A DNA stretch of 64,000 nucleotides from Octopus bimaculoides (taxonomy: Eukaryota). The stretch lies in the NCBI RefSeq assembly GCF_001194135.2, contig NC_068990.1, positions 84,524,176 through 84,588,175 of the forward strand, given 5' to 3'. The notes below the pieces were generated by a model. The model saw only the letters and a program-made list of their open reading frames with translations, made no database searches and had not been told where the DNA came from. Below, one piece after another: positions 62,182-64,000 of the stretch. How positions within the stretch are numbered: the first letter of the stretch is position 1; the number at the start of each line of letters is the position of its first letter. A program made the translations under genes and the position numbers.

Positions 62182-63133
62182 CAGAGATCACCAAACTTTT
62201 TCATCCATCGACCCCCTTTAGTTACTTTTCTTTCCACATTGATCCCACCCTTTAGCCACTTCTCCTTCTACATCAACCCCCTTTGACCATTTTTCCTTCC
62301 ACATTGACCCACTTTAGCCACTTCTTCCACATCGACCACCTCCTCATTTAAAATATCTTAATACCCTACCCTACCATATCTTAAATGCATACCAGGTGCT
62401 GATGCTGGCAATTAAAATGTTAGCTAAAATACACATGTACAACAAATTTAGTAATTCTATTGGAGATGACACATTTTTTACATTTAAAACTACATATACG
62501 AGTATACAGTATTAAACTTTCAATGTTTATGAAATTGTTTCCACGGTTAGAAAATGTGAGAAACACATCATGTTCTCTCACGTTTCATGATGCTGACTAA
62601 GTATTTCAAGCAGTGTGGAGGCGCAATGGCCCAGTGGTTAGGGCAGCGGACTCGCGGTCATAGGATCGCAGTTTCGATTCCCAGACCAGGCGTTGTGAGT
62701 GTTTATTGAGCAAAAACACCCATAGCTCCATGAGGCTCCAGCAGGGGATGGTGGCGAACCCTGCTGTACTCTTTCACCACAACTTTCTCTCACTCTTTCT
62801 TCCTGTTTCTGTTGTGCCTGTAATTCAAAGGGTCAGCCTTGTCACACTCTGTGTCACGCTGAAGAATATCCCCGAGAACTACGTTAAGGGTACACGTGTC
62901 CGTGGAGTGCTCAGCCACTTGCGCGTTAAATTCACGAGCAGGCTGTTCCGTTGATCGGATCAACTGGAACCCTCGGCGTCGTAAGCGACAGAGTGCCAAC
63001 ATTTCAAGCAGTTCATCTGGGCGAGTTGGTCTTTTGCATGCTGACCCCTATTTGACCCATTGGCTATCATCAACCCCCTGTAATTCCTTGCTGACCCTTA
63101 GGGGTTCCCTGGGACCCCCTTTGGCGACCCCTG
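62182..63133. mobile_element. Non-autonomous hAT (Charlie-like) DNA transposon
   Basis: Termini CAGAGATCACCAAA / TTTGGCGACCCCTG (11/14 complementary); perfect 8-bp TSD GTCTAGTG at 62174-62181 and 63134-63141; subterminal ~30-bp repeats at 62215-62345. Confidence 0.85.
62615..63000 (+). mobile_element. Full-length family D SINE (tRNA-Arg-like head) with 12-bp TSD
   Basis: ATTTCAAGCAGT at 62603-62614 and 63001-63012; A-box TGGCCCAGTGG, B-box GTTTCGATTCC, TCG in the anticodon-loop-like position. Confidence 0.93.
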
Positions 63134-63589
63134 GTCTAGTGGATCAAAGTTGACTTGGAGCTAAACAACAACTCTCACTTCCATCACCACTCACCTCTGT
63201 TTACTATATGAGGAAGCTTCCACAGGTTGCTTGATCTGCTAGAAATAACAGCTATCTATAATTCACATCCAAGACAGATATATTTATAATATAATGCACC
63301 CTGAGATACACTCTATACTTAAAAAAAAAAAAAAATAGAAAAAAATGGTACAATCATAGCTGGAATGTCTTTGATGGTAGGTCTTTCTGGATGAGGTCTG
63401 ATTTGGCACTAAACAACAACCACACCAGCAATTCACATCCCTTCCACAAACCCAGCTTTATTTACTATCATTATTTGCACATCAAATTAGAGACCATTTG
63501 TTTTAGTCTTGATGCCAGTTGCCAGGAAGGAGAACTTAGGACAATTTAAAATGGCATAATCATCACTGTGTGTGCTTATATGTGTGTAT

Positions 63590-63620
<31 letters not shown>

Positions 63621-63915
63621 AGTACCTGTCTGTAGGCATGTGGTTGGAGGTAGGGTAGACAATTGAGACTCAGCATACACACGTGCAGGCTTGTGTAGAT
63701 TAACATACATAGGCGTACATTTGTACATTTAAGGGAGTGATTATGTACACACTTCTAAAATGACAATGTATATAACACACAGACACACATTTAATTAGAT
63801 AATTGTATATACAACACAGACACACTCTTCAGCGAGTAAAAAATACACTTCTGAAGAGAGAATTCTTATATATGTATATTAATTACATGTATACATGTGT
63901 ATGTGTGAGAGTGAA

Positions 63916-64000
<85 letters not shown>

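Noticed and set aside
62555-62582. Su(H) paired site
   Set aside because: The second site is imperfect (CTCTCACG), spacing is 12 bp rather than about 15-17, and it lies inside a hAT element.
62615-62690. Possible tRNA-Arg gene (also 26327 and 40164)
   Set aside because: The 3' acceptor stem is missing, the sequence continues into a shared ~320-bp body, and TSDs flank it; it is a SINE head.
58054-64000. Upstream fringe exons (T-F-FTD exon and the TM/KTT exon) and the ARIH1 exon before 1851
   Set aside because: Searched by eye and not found. They are presumably outside the window, or for fringe possibly in the 59810-60156 gap, so they are not annotated.

Overview
AT-rich, microsatellite- and SINE-dense animal genomic DNA with 8 N-gaps. 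The repeat landscape suggests an octopus (cephalopod) scaffold; this is an inference and was not database-checked. Two convergent intron-containing genes can be spliced by hand with canonical GT-AG junctions and consistent phases. (1) The last two coding exons of an Ariadne-1 RBR E3 ligase (ARIH1, + strand; 1851-1963 and 3477-3561). (2) Eight coding exons of a Fringe beta-1,3-N-acetylglucosaminyltransferase (- strand, 58053 down to 18226), covering the catalytic region including the DDD motif and the C-terminus; its 5' exons were not found. Almost all ORFs in the supplied track are microsatellite or repeat artefacts. The rest is mainly transposon-derived: a decayed RTE LINE endonuclease, a decayed R4/Dong-like restriction-endonuclease LINE end, at least five recurring SINE-like families, TTAA-flanked piggyBac-type MITEs, a hAT element with an 8-bp TSD and a Helentron-type non-autonomous element, several nested with readable TSDs. 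The most interesting unexplained signals are a GC-rich structured island with two hammerhead-like cores (32.6-32.9 kb), two more hammerhead-like cores on the fringe sense strand (31.5 and 31.8 kb), a 140-bp palindrome with three AP-1 sites, in-frame degenerate triplication of the ARIH1 terminal codons, a 39-bp TSD, and a candidate Notch-responsive enhancer. No new biological system can be proven from the sequence alone; these are leads.
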